From Eledone cirrhosa (taxonomy: Eukaryota): a stretch of DNA of 64,000 nucleotides. The stretch is from NCBI GenBank assembly GCA_964016885.1, contig CAXHJY010000736.1:62001-126000 (forward strand), given 5' to 3'. Below are positions 44,149-60,246 of the stretch, piece by piece; the stretch's first letter is position 1, and each line of letters begins with the position of its first letter. The notes under the pieces were generated by a model. The model worked only from the letters and a program-made list of their open reading frames with translations, had not been told where the DNA came from and made no database searches. The position numbers and the translations under genes were made by a program.

Positions 44149-44561
44149 ATCAAAAGATGGTTAAAGGAGTTCCATGTATTTTATTATGCGCATTTCAAAA
44201 ACAAACATCATCATGCAATAATATTTGTGTTTTCATCAGATAAAACAGGAGAACATGATATGAAGGCTAAAAAACACTTGTGGATAGTGCAGTTTTAAAT
44301 CAACATATATGTTGATTTAAAACTGCACTATCCACAAGTGTTTTTTAGCCTTCATATCATGTTCTCCTGTTTTATCTGATGAAAACACAAATATTATTGC
44401 ATGATGATGTTTGGTTTTGAAATGCGCATAATAAAATACATGGAACACCTTTAACCATCTTTTGATCTTATATATTATGTATATTCCAGTCCTACAAACT
44501 GTAGAGTGCTTCTTATCCGATATCTGCATTGCTTTATTGTACTACAATAAAACTCACCTCC

Positions 44562-44563
<2 letters not shown>
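44146..44563. mobile_element. Near-perfect ~330-bp spacerless palindrome with two HHRs (family H)
   Basis: Axis at 44307/44308; HHR 44368-44438 (+) TGTTTTAT-CTGATGA-AAAC..GTTTT-GAAA-TGCGCA-TA-ATAAAATA; mirror 44177-44247. Confidence 0.85.
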
Positions 44564-44617
<54 letters not shown>

Positions 44618-44627
44618 TATAAATATT

Positions 44628-44683
<56 letters not shown>

Positions 44684-44693
44684 TATAAATATT

Positions 44694-44796
<103 letters not shown>

Positions 44797-44899
44797 GTTA
44801 TCATATACATAAGATTAAATTAAAGATATATATATGTTGCAACTGTTCACTTTTAAGCTCAATGAAGAATTAATAAATTAAAATCAAAAAATCAGACCA

Positions 44900-45553
44900 T
44901 TATATCATAAATCATGCCTATAGAATCAATCAGATATTAAAATATATACTATTTCTTCTTCTAATCAGCATAATTAACCATATACAAAATCAAATCTAGC
45001 AAGCTTTAAGAATAAATTTTCTTACGGGGAAATCTCTGACAAACAATTGATCGTAGCCTCTTCGCGGCAGCCCCGTTCCATTATTTATCAAACATTTCGG
45101 CAGCATGCAGAATCCGATCAAATGTACCGTCAACCACACACAATTAGTAGTAAAATTAAACTTAGAAGAAATGCGCACATACCGTAATTCTATCTCTACC
45201 ATGGTTTCTTCCTTATTTAGGACATCCAAATAATATGGAATTGTCCTGAGTTAGGATCATCAGGAGACAAACTAAAAAACAGACATTTAGTCTTCTAACC
45301 GATCGCGCCAAATTTAGATTCAAAAATGGTATATTTGATCGGATTCTGCATGCTGCCGAAATGTTTGATAAATAATCGAACGGGGCTGCCGCGAAGAGGC
45401 TACGATCAATTGTTTGTCAGAGATTTCCCCGTAAGAAAATTTATTCTTAAAGCTTGCTAGATTTGATTTTGTATATGGTTAAATATGCTAATTAGAAGAA
45501 GAAATAGTATATATTTTAATATCTGATTGATTCTATAGACATGATTTATGATA
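44900..45553. mobile_element. Inverted-repeat element with an HHR in the spacer (family I)
   Basis: Arms ~44902-45129 and ~45328-45553; minus strand 45190-45270 TTGTCTC-CTGATGA-TCCT..AGGA-A-GAAA-CCATGG-TA-GAGATAG. Confidence 0.8.
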
Positions 45554-45639
45554 TATATATATATATATATATATTATTCTCCTAGATTTAATAGTTAACT
45601 AATTAATTTAATTAGACAATTTCGTTGATTGGTTAATTA

Positions 45640-48310
45640 AACAACATCTGATCCCTCTTATTTCTAATTTTTCCCCTTAGTTCGTTTATGCTTTGCCGTT
45701 CACGTATATTACTATTAGACATCCAGTAGAGCATGCAAGCTTCGTTCCTCTCTAGTCTGCGTATATCCTCTGCACACAATGCCCAGGTCTCACTGCCATG
45801 CAACATTTCTGTTCGTATGCAGGCATCATACAGCCTGCCTTTCATTTTTAGGGAGAACCCTTTAGCGGCTAATAGTGGTATAAGCTCTCTGAACTTTTTC
45901 CATCCAGTTCTGACTCTAGCTACGGTACTTTCAGAGCACCCTCCCCCACTGCTGATTTTGTTACCCAGGTAACGGAAGCTGTCCACTATTTCTATAGAAC
46001 CCTCTTCGCAATTGAAAGAGCTAGTATTTTGTGGGCACTTGCTGCTACTTATTGCACCAGAGCACCGGCCACATGTAAAATCTATGTTCTTAGTTAGCTT
46101 ACCTGTGATCCCACTACATCTTTTATGCACCCATACTTTGCATTTGGGACATAAAATGGAGTTTCTACCTACGCCTTTCCTACACACTGAGCATGGCCAT
46201 TTCCCGGAAGGGACCGGCGCCTTATTTTCTTTCCTACAAACTAGAACTTTAGTCTTAGCCAGGTTAATTTTAAGGCCTTTTGATTCTAGGCCGTGCTTCC
46301 ATGTTTGGAATTTCTTCTCTAGCTCGGCCATTGATTCAGCTATGAGCGTTAGATCATCTGCGTATAGGAGTTCCCATGGGCAGCCGGTCTTGAACTCCAC
46401 TGTTATAACCTGAAGGGCAATAATAAATAGTAGGGGGCTAAGAACAGAGCCCTGATGAACACCAACTTTTACGCTAAACTCTTCACTATATTCGTTGTTA
46501 ATTCTAACCTTGCTGACTGTTTCCTTATACATGGCTTGTATAGCTCTCACAAGCCATTCATCAACACCTAGTTTTCTAAGAGCCCACCAGATAATGGAAC
46601 GGGGGACTCTGTCGAAGTCTTTCTCCAAGTCGACAAAAGCTAAGTATAGGGCTTTACTTTTAGCTAGGTACTTCTCCTGTAGTTGTCAAACAATGAAAAG
46701 AGCGTCTGTGGTACTTTTGCCTGACACAAACCCGAACTGCATTTCATCTAGATTAATTCTCTCTCTGATTAGTTGCGCTATTACTTTTTCCGTGACCTTC
46801 ATGACCTGGTCGATTAATTTAATGCTTCTATAGTTACACCTATCTAGGGCATCTCCTTTACCCTTGTAATAGTTAATGATGATGCTGCTACGCCAGTCTT
46901 TCGGAACAACCCCATTCTGTATGACTTGGTTTACTATCCGGGTGACCATAGTGTGTCCCACCGATCCAGAGGCTTTCAGCATCGCAGCAACTATTTCCGA
47001 AGGCCCAGCCGCCTTACCCGTCTTCATATCTTTGATTGCCTTACTTATTATACTACCTTCGACTAACACTGCTGGTCCCTCTATTGGGTCGATGTGGGGG
47101 AGACTGTCTTTCTCCCATTTATTCTCCTCATTTAGTAGCCTTTCGTAGTGACACTTCCAAGCTACCTTCTTATCAGCGTCAGTGATGGCAAGTACGCCAT
47201 CATCATTAAGTACACACTTCTCCCTGATAATATCACGGTTTTCCTTGACACATTGCCTAGCAATCCTGAACACCTCACGTTTTTGGTCCTCGCGTTGTAG
47301 AACATGCTTGAACTTTCTTTCCTCTGCTTCCCTTCTTGCGAAGTACACTTGTCTCCTAGCTTCCCTCCTGGCCACTTGATAGTCTTCTCTACTTCCCCCA
47401 TCCCACCATACTTTCCAAGCCTGCTTTTTGGCCTTAATTGACTCCTCCACCTTACTGTTCAACCACCATGTTACTCTCCTCCTGCCTACAGGCCTGCTCC
47501 AGCCACAGACTTCGTCTGCCGCCATCAGCAGGTTTGCTTTCAGGAATTCCCACTGTTCCTCTATATTGTACGACTCTAATTGCTCTTCCTTACCGTCGAA
47601 ATTATCAAGTAATATGCTTTGAAATTTATTTCTGGCTGTGGGGTCCTTTAGCTTCCATATTTTTCTCCTGAGGATAGTCCTCTTCTGCTGCCTAGTACGT
47701 CTCGTCCTGACTATGAGGTCGCTAATTATCAGTCTATGTTGGGAGGTGCATTCTTCATGGGGGAGGGATTAAGTGTTTACAACAGACACTCTGTCACATC
47801 TTATGGTAAGCATATAATCTACTTGGCTGGTATGTTCCCCTTATCTGTAGGTGATCAAGTGATTGTCTCGTTTTTTGAAGTTAGTGTTACAGATAGTTAG
47901 GTTATTTGCATCACAGAATTCCAGGATTCTGGAGCCTTCCTCGTTTCTAGTACCAAACCCATAGCCTCCGTGGATTCCGTCATAGCCGTCACAATGTTGT
48001 CCAACGTGGCCATTTAGGTCGCCAGCAATAATTATATAGTAACTGTCGGTTATTTGGGAGGTGGTGAGCATCAGTGTCTCATAGAATCTGTCTTTTATAG
48101 TGCCAGGCAGTCCGGATTGGGGCGCGTATGCAGATATTACTGTCACAGTAGTTCTATTTAGAACAAGTCTTATTTTAATTATTCTGTCACTCACTCTATT
48201 TACATCTATTATCTTATCCACCCATTTTTCTGCTAACATGATTCCTACTCCACCTATCCCATTGTCATTTCCCACCCAGAAAAGTTTATAGCAACGTTTT
48301 TTACCCACAA
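45640..48310 (-). mobile_element. RTE-type LINE internal fragment (APE-RT-PHD), truncated at both ends
   Basis: ISAYAPQ, AGDLNGHVG, RT motifs, LLYADD, PHD; near identical to 18580-19568 where they overlap. Confidence 0.9.
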
Positions 48311-48398
48311 ATAGTATCCTTAATACTATATTTATATATTTATATATTTATATATTTATATATTTATATATATATATTTATATATATATTTATATATT

Positions 48399-48453
<55 letters not shown>

Positions 48454-48489
48454 TAGGTATAGGATTATCCAAGATGCAGTGATGGTTAA

Positions 48490-50640
48490 TTACTACACTA
48501 GAAATTAATATTATTCTCGAGGCTAGAAAAACCATTATTAAGTTCGATAACTGCTACTGGGAACGTAAGGACAGACCCACAAATTTCGATATTACCATGG
48601 GTTCCAACGACTCGGCGGAGGTCACGGATCTCGTGGGAATTTACATAGCCCACATATTACATAGTAGATTTAATAATCTACAGGGGGGGATATATAGAGA
48701 TGACGGGCTCTTATTAGTTAATAACTTGAATAACCAAAATCTTGAAAGGCTACGGAAAAATATTAGAAAATCTTTTAGTGAACTGGGCCTAAAAATAACA
48801 TACGAATACAATCTTAAGGTAGTAAACTTTCTGGACGTAACTCTTAATTTAAATACCGGACAGATACGACCCTTCCACAAGGTAAATGAGAACCTTACGT
48901 ATATTGACTTTAACTCTAACCACCCACTCTCCATGATCAAATCAGTTCCCCGGAGTATTTCTCTTAGAATCTCTCGCCTATCGTCTAACTCTGATATTTT
49001 TAGCGAACATGCTGAATACTACAATAATGCATTAAGGAATGCTGACCACCGGGATACAATAGAATACATCGATAGTAATTTCCACAACACACATAGCTCT
49101 ACACGTAATCAAGGGATACGTAACAGGGGGACTAAAACACAAGCACACACACACTATACTACCAGACATACTAATAATAGAAGTTCACCACCAAATAAAT
49201 CACGTTGTAGAAAGTATATCTGGTATAATCCTATTTTTAATGCCTCGATTAGTACAAAACTATCTCTTTCATTCTTTAAATTAATCAATAAACACTTCCC
49301 TAGTTCCCATAAGTACAGCAAAATTCTGAACTCCAAAACTATTAGACTATCATACTCCACGGCACCAAACCTTGAAGCATACATAAAAAAACTTAACTTA
49401 AGGCAATTAAACAACTCTACAAAACAAAACATTTTAGTAACAGGTGGGCAGAACGCAATATCTGCCTCCCAACCACTAAATGGGAGACGGATATTGCACA
49501 ACCCACCTGTACCGCTATCACAACCTATCCATGGTATACCCGCTACCCACAACAAAGCATGTAACTGCCATCTACCTGAAAGATGTCCATTGCAGAATGA
49601 ATGCCTAAAGTCCAACATTGTTTACCAATGCACGGTTGAATCGGACGACCAGAAATGGTATTATATCGGATCTACCACCACATCGTTTAAATCTCGCTGG
49701 TACCGTCATCGATTCTCAATCAAACATCAGAATCACCGTTTTGTGACCACGCTCGCCAACAAGACCTGGCAACTCCGTGAACACAACCAACAGTTCACCT
49801 TAAAATGGGATATACTTTCCAGCGCAAATGCATATCGGAGTGGTTTGAAGTACTGCAGGTTATGTAACCTTGAGCTATTTTACATACTAAAATCCAAAAA
49901 CAAACTACTTAACGATAGAATTGAACGATCATTATACTGCAACCACAAACTAAAAGCTAAATTCTCTCACTATAAAATAACTTAACATTCGAACCCGTAA
50001 CTATAACACCACTTTCTAGCTAACAACCTTCTCTTCTCCCCCACACTACAAGACAATACACTGCTTATCACTATACATGGTAACTCAGTACAATTCCTAG
50101 ATTACTACTACAAAACCAAAAGTTCACTCACCACATATACTTTATCTGTCCCCTCTCTACCTATATATCTCTCTCCACATCCATTACACTCTCTCTCTCT
50201 CACCTTTGACCTACCTCCCTCTCAACATCTATGAACTTGACCTCTGGGGCAATAAATAATTCCGACCTCAACTATCTACGCATCTCTCCAAAAGTAACTA
50301 ATAAAACCCCTACCATAACATTTTGATTAAGATATCTACAAGCCACTCTCTCCTACTTCTCCAACCCCTGCATATCTTTCCTTCTCTCTCCATCTTCTCT
50401 ACTTTTCTCTCTTCCTGTTCCACTCTATCTTCCCCAACAACCCCACTTAAGGGTTTTTACATTGTATATTTACCATTCTGCTCTGAGGAAACAGTGGTCA
50501 CAGCATTGGATATTCGAGTTCTGCAAATACTTGTGAATTTGCACGTAGCGGAACTAGGCTGCAGTACCACCGTGGAAACACTTGTAAGCACACGGAATAA
50601 ACTACCTTTTTAAGATGTCTACCTGTTATTATTCATTCTT
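48490..50640 (+). mobile_element. 5'-truncated Penelope-like element (Naiad-like) with uninterrupted RT-GIY-YIG frame
   Basis: FDITMGSNDSAE, GIYRDDGL, FLDVTL, CNC..CPL..C, IVYQC..YYIGST, CRLCxxE; stop at 49985; HHR in 3' region. Confidence 0.9.
50479..50590 (+). ncRNA. Hammerhead motif with long branched stem II
   Basis: TGCT-CTGAGGA-A-ACAGTGGT...ACCACCGT-G-GAAA-CACTTG-TA-AGCA. Confidence 0.65.
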
Positions 50641-50678
50641 TATATTTATATATATATATATTTATATATATATATATT

Positions 50679-50713
<35 letters not shown>

Positions 50714-50717
50714 ATAA

Positions 50718-50819
<102 letters not shown>

Positions 50820-50823
50820 ATAA

Positions 50824-50918
<95 letters not shown>

Positions 50919-50937
50919 AATATAAAAATATATATAT

Positions 50938-50968
<31 letters not shown>

Positions 50969-51037
50969 AATATATATATATAAATATATATATATATAAA
51001 TATATATATAAATATATATATATATATAAATATATAA

Positions 51038-51070
<33 letters not shown>

Positions 51071-51131
51071 AATATATAAATATATATATAAATATATATA
51101 TATAAATATATAAATATATAAATATATAAAT

Positions 51132-51168
<37 letters not shown>

Positions 51169-51792
51169 GTATTAAGGATACTATTTATGGTTATGTATAT
51201 ACTAAAACCTTTTATAGTTATATATATTTTAAACCCTAAATAGTGAAAGACCGTAATTTATTACTACCTTATTACCAGTAAGATAAATAGCAGTTATATA
51301 GAAATCTATATATTGCGTTTCCTGGATTGTGATAATGGTGGTATATGCGAGGACCGTGGCGTTGTTTTGCTGCTCATTTTTAATATTTTTGATATTTCTC
51401 TACACACAGGCTCTATATCATACATATATAAAAAATACTTTACCAATACAACCCCCATAATACTCTTGATTGCCCGCTTAAAGTGCTTGTATTACATATA
51501 ACACCCTGCCGCACTATAATCTTATATAAATAATACACGCGTGCATGCCCCACGTGTAACTATTGCATACACTAACTACTTCAAACTATTCTCTTGCTTT
51601 ATCTTCGTAAGCTGCCAATGTTGTATTTTAACTTTAATTTTGTTCTTTAATATGACTTTAATCTTTGAATGTAAATTGCCATGCTATAATATTATAATGG
51701 ATGTCAACCCACTGTGCATCATTATATACATATGTTTCTGTATATCTCTTGTGTTGGAAAGGAGGTCAAGTATGTAAAAAATCATTGAAAAA

Positions 51793-51841
51793 TTGCTCTG
51801 AAGACACCAAACCTCGGTTTGGAAGAAACAATTGTAAGCGA
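51793..51841 (+). ncRNA. Type I hammerhead motif (family K) within non-coding insert 51168-51880
   Basis: TTGCT-CTGAAGA-ca-CCAAACC-tc-GGTTTGG-aa-GAAA-CAATTG-TA-AGCGA. Confidence 0.75.
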
Positions 51842-51879
51842 ACAAATGGTTTAAACAGAACTTTGATTCATGTATTTTC

Positions 51880-51933
<54 letters not shown>

Positions 51934-52020
51934 TATAAATAAATATATATATATAAATACATATATATATATATGTATATATATATATAAATATATAAAT
52001 ATATATATATATATATATAA

Positions 52021-52067
<47 letters not shown>

Positions 52068-52446
52068 TGGCCTCCAAAAGCAACGGTCACTTTTTAAAAG
52101 GGTACGTCAATGTCTATTTATAAAACTGTTATATATTGTATTTTGTCTGATGAAGGCATACCATAATTTAACTTGGTATCCTTGAAATATATATAATGAA
52201 ATAAATATGGTTTTATAAATATATATATATATATTTATATATATATATATATATATAAATTTATATATATATATATATGCAAAAGTTTTATTTAAAATTG
52301 TTGGGTTACAACGAGTAAATATTTTATAACTGATATAAAAGCACTCAACAGTTTCTGGAGTAGGTTTACGATATTAAACAAATGGAAACTATATTTATAA
52401 AACCATATTTATTTCGTTATATATATTTCTGGTATATCATATTAAA

Positions 52447-52543
<97 letters not shown>

Positions 52544-52569
52544 TAAATATATATATAAATATATATATA

Positions 52570-54158
<1,589 letters not shown>

Positions 54159-54162
54159 TATA

Positions 54163-54270
<108 letters not shown>

Positions 54271-54360
54271 TATATATTTATATATATATATATATATATA
54301 TAAATATATATATTTATATATATATATTTATATAAATATATATATTTATATATATATATT

Positions 54361-54509
<149 letters not shown>

Positions 54510-54535
54510 AAATATTATATATATATATATATTAA

Positions 54536-54645
<110 letters not shown>

Positions 54646-54714
54646 AAATATTTATATATATATATATTTATATATATATATAAATATATATATATAAATA
54701 TATATTTATATATG

Positions 54715-55008
<294 letters not shown>

Positions 55009-55016
55009 AATATATA

Positions 55017-57783
55017 GTATACTAGGGAGAGGATCAGGGGTGTATAACACTCCACTTATCCAGCAGGCAGTATAAGGTTAGCTCGATGTCTGAGCCGTGA
55101 TATAATAAATAACAAAGAACGCCTATAGCATATGCATATCTTTACTTGCTAACATTGTTTCATCCGCACTATAAGTGGGACTCATCAGAGCATAAAGGTT
55201 AATTACATACCGCACAAGCAATAACAAATCCAAGACATTGAAGAATGAAAAATAATAAAAGATAAAGGATATTAAGGAAGTAAAAGTAAAAATAAAAATA
55301 AAAATAAAAATAAAAATAAAAATAAAAATAAAAATAAAAATAAAAATAAAAATAAAAATAAAAATAAAAATAAAAATAAAAATAATAAAATAAACAATGA
55401 AAAATAAAAAATAATTGAAAAATAAGGGGTGCTATCAGTCACAGTTGGGCGGGGTGCAGTCAACATATAGTTACATACAAGCATACACATGGATAAGAGA
55501 ACAGACAAGAGTAGATAAGATAGATAGGATTAGGTAAGAGTAGGTAAAAAATAGGTGAAAAATAGGTAAAAAATAGACTTATAATATATATAAGAAAATA
55601 TAAAAAAATATAAAAAACATACATATAAAATATAAAATATACAGATAATAGTGATACAGGGTAAGGAATGAAATAAAATAATATAAAATTAAAATTAAAA
55701 TTATATAAAATAGAACATAATATAATATAATCATAAAATAAGATAAAATAAGGTAAACTAAAATAAAATAAAATAGACTAAAATAAAATAATATAATATA
55801 AGATATAATTAAATATAATTAAATAAATAAATAAATAAAATTAAATAAATAAATAAAATTAAAATTAAATAAATAAATAAATAAATAAATAAGTAAATAA
55901 ATAAATGAAATTAAATAAATAAATAAATAAAATTAAATAAAATGAAATGAAATAAAATAAAATAAAATAAAGTAAATTGAGATAAGATATATATTTTTTT
56001 AGAATATATTTCTTGAATATATCAGGGGCCCACGAAGGCACTAAGTGTCACAGTTATCAGTATCACTTGACCATTTTTTAAAAATATATTTCTTGAATAT
56101 ATCAGGGGCCCACGAAGGCACTAAGTGTCACAGTTATCAGTATCACTTGACCATTTTTTTAAAATATATTTCTTGAATATATCAGGGGCCCACGAAGGCA
56201 CTAAGTGTCACAGTTATCAGTATCACTTGACCATTGCGAGGCAATGGAGGCGTCCCAGGTTGGGCAGTCTCAAAAGTTCACTCGAAAGTCACGGGTGTGC
56301 ATTCACACAGTTGAGCGGTGGGGTAATCACAAACCGGTTCACACCCGGGCAGGAGTCCAATGGTTAAACAGAGGTACATCGAAGGAAGGTAGGAGAATTC
56401 ACGTGCAGTAGCAAGAGGCAGACAATTGGGCCGAAAGCAAGCAGGTGCAGGCGGGTTAGCCAAAGCAAGCAGACACAGTTGGAGCGCATACAAAAGATAT
56501 ATAAAAAAACAAAAGATATATAAAAAATAGCTTCAAGAGCCAATATCATGAAGTCACCGCATTGGGACATCACAAGATTATACACACCAATATGTTCAGC
56601 ACGTATATGCACATATACACACCACATGCATATGCAGAGACAGTATACATATATATATTTTTTTTTATATACAGACATATACAACCACCTACACCCATAC
56701 ACATATAAATGTATACACAGACACACACGCACACACACACAGCGTAGGACACCCGGGTCAAAGCTGATATTAATCACAGAAATACCACATTAGGCAAGAC
56801 CCACCACCACGGATAATACATTCAAAATAAATACATACGATGAGATGTAGTAAAATAAAATTGAATTCCTACGGAGATAATCATGTCCGCACGTGCCATT
56901 GCCCGATTTATGTGTACACAGACCGTTAGTAACTACGGAGGGCTATCGGGGCCAAAACGTTACTTTCGGGATCATAACAACGACCGTCAATATATGGAAG
57001 GCCGATCGTGCTAGAAAGACTACAACCCCGGGCAAGAGCTCCCAGAAGTCAGCCTGTAGATCTTAAACCACAGAATAGGAGGGCAACACGTAACTGCGCC
57101 ACGTATCTACTGCTTACGGCGAGATGGCACAGGTCCGCCCACAGTTACAGGCTAAATTTCTATTTGTGCAGCCTATATCACAGTACACGCTCTACATAGA
57201 TACATTACATCATAACTCATGCGCATACAGAGGTACAGATCCGCAAGATACACGTCAGGATAGACCCACCAATGCACCAATGGTGGGTAGGCGAGCGTGG
57301 ATGGGTTACATCCGCTGTGCCAAACAGGGGTGCTTATTAACATACACACCCACTCACCTGTACACCCCAATATCCAGATCAATATCCTCCCGCAGGCATA
57401 CGTATACACTCACCGACTCATATACATAGAAGACAAACAATAGGATACAGTTACACACAATAAGAGACAGTTACACAAGATAGCCCAACTGGAGAAATAA
57501 GGAAGTGCTAGCTAATAGGTTTAAAGTAGAAGAAAGAGCTTAATATTCGGTGGGGGTAAGAGGAAAATATTTCTGACTTTCTGTTTAGTAGAGGGCATTT
57601 AGCAAATATAATAGAGTGGGATTCGGCAAGGCATAGGTTACATACTCTATTATGAGTCTATTATTATTGCTTGTGCGGTATGTAATTAACCTTTATGCTC
57701 TGATGAGTCCCACTTATAGTGCGGATGAAACAATGTTAGCAAGTAAAGATATGCATATGCTATAGGCGTTCTTTGTTATTTAT

Positions 57784-57785
<2 letters not shown>
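55017..57785. mobile_element. 2.8-kb non-coding element bounded by inverted HHR-bearing repeats (family M)
   Basis: 55102-55224 is inverted at 57664-57785; HHR 57696-57741 (+) TGCT-CTGATGA-GTCCCACT-tat-AGTGcGGAT-GAAA-CAATG-TT-AGCA; mirror 55147-55192. Confidence 0.75.
55992..56235. repeat. 80/81-bp tandem triplication
   Basis: tcttgaatatatcaggggcccacg at 56011, 56091 and 56172. Confidence 0.9.
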
Positions 57786-57815
<30 letters not shown>

Positions 57816-57913
57816 AATATATATATATATAAATATATATATATATAAATATATAAATATATATATATATAAATATATATATATATATTATATATAAATA
57901 TATATATATATAT

Positions 57914-59852
<1,939 letters not shown>

Positions 59853-59908
59853 CTATATATATATATACATATATACACATATATATATGTACATATATAT
59901 ATATATAT

Positions 59909-60019
<111 letters not shown>

Positions 60020-60102
60020 CATATATATATACACATATATATATATACATATATAAATATATATATACATATATATATACATATATATACATATACATAT
60101 AC

Positions 60103-60228
<126 letters not shown>

Positions 60229-60246
60229 ATATATATATATATATAT

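Noticed and set aside
48478-48490. In-frame TGA as selenocysteine in the Naiad-like ORF
   Set aside because: It lies at the 5' truncation junction; all Cys motifs in the ORF use ordinary codons
55992-56235. CRISPR-like array
   Set aside because: Whole units are duplicated with no unique spacers; eukaryotic context and no cas genes
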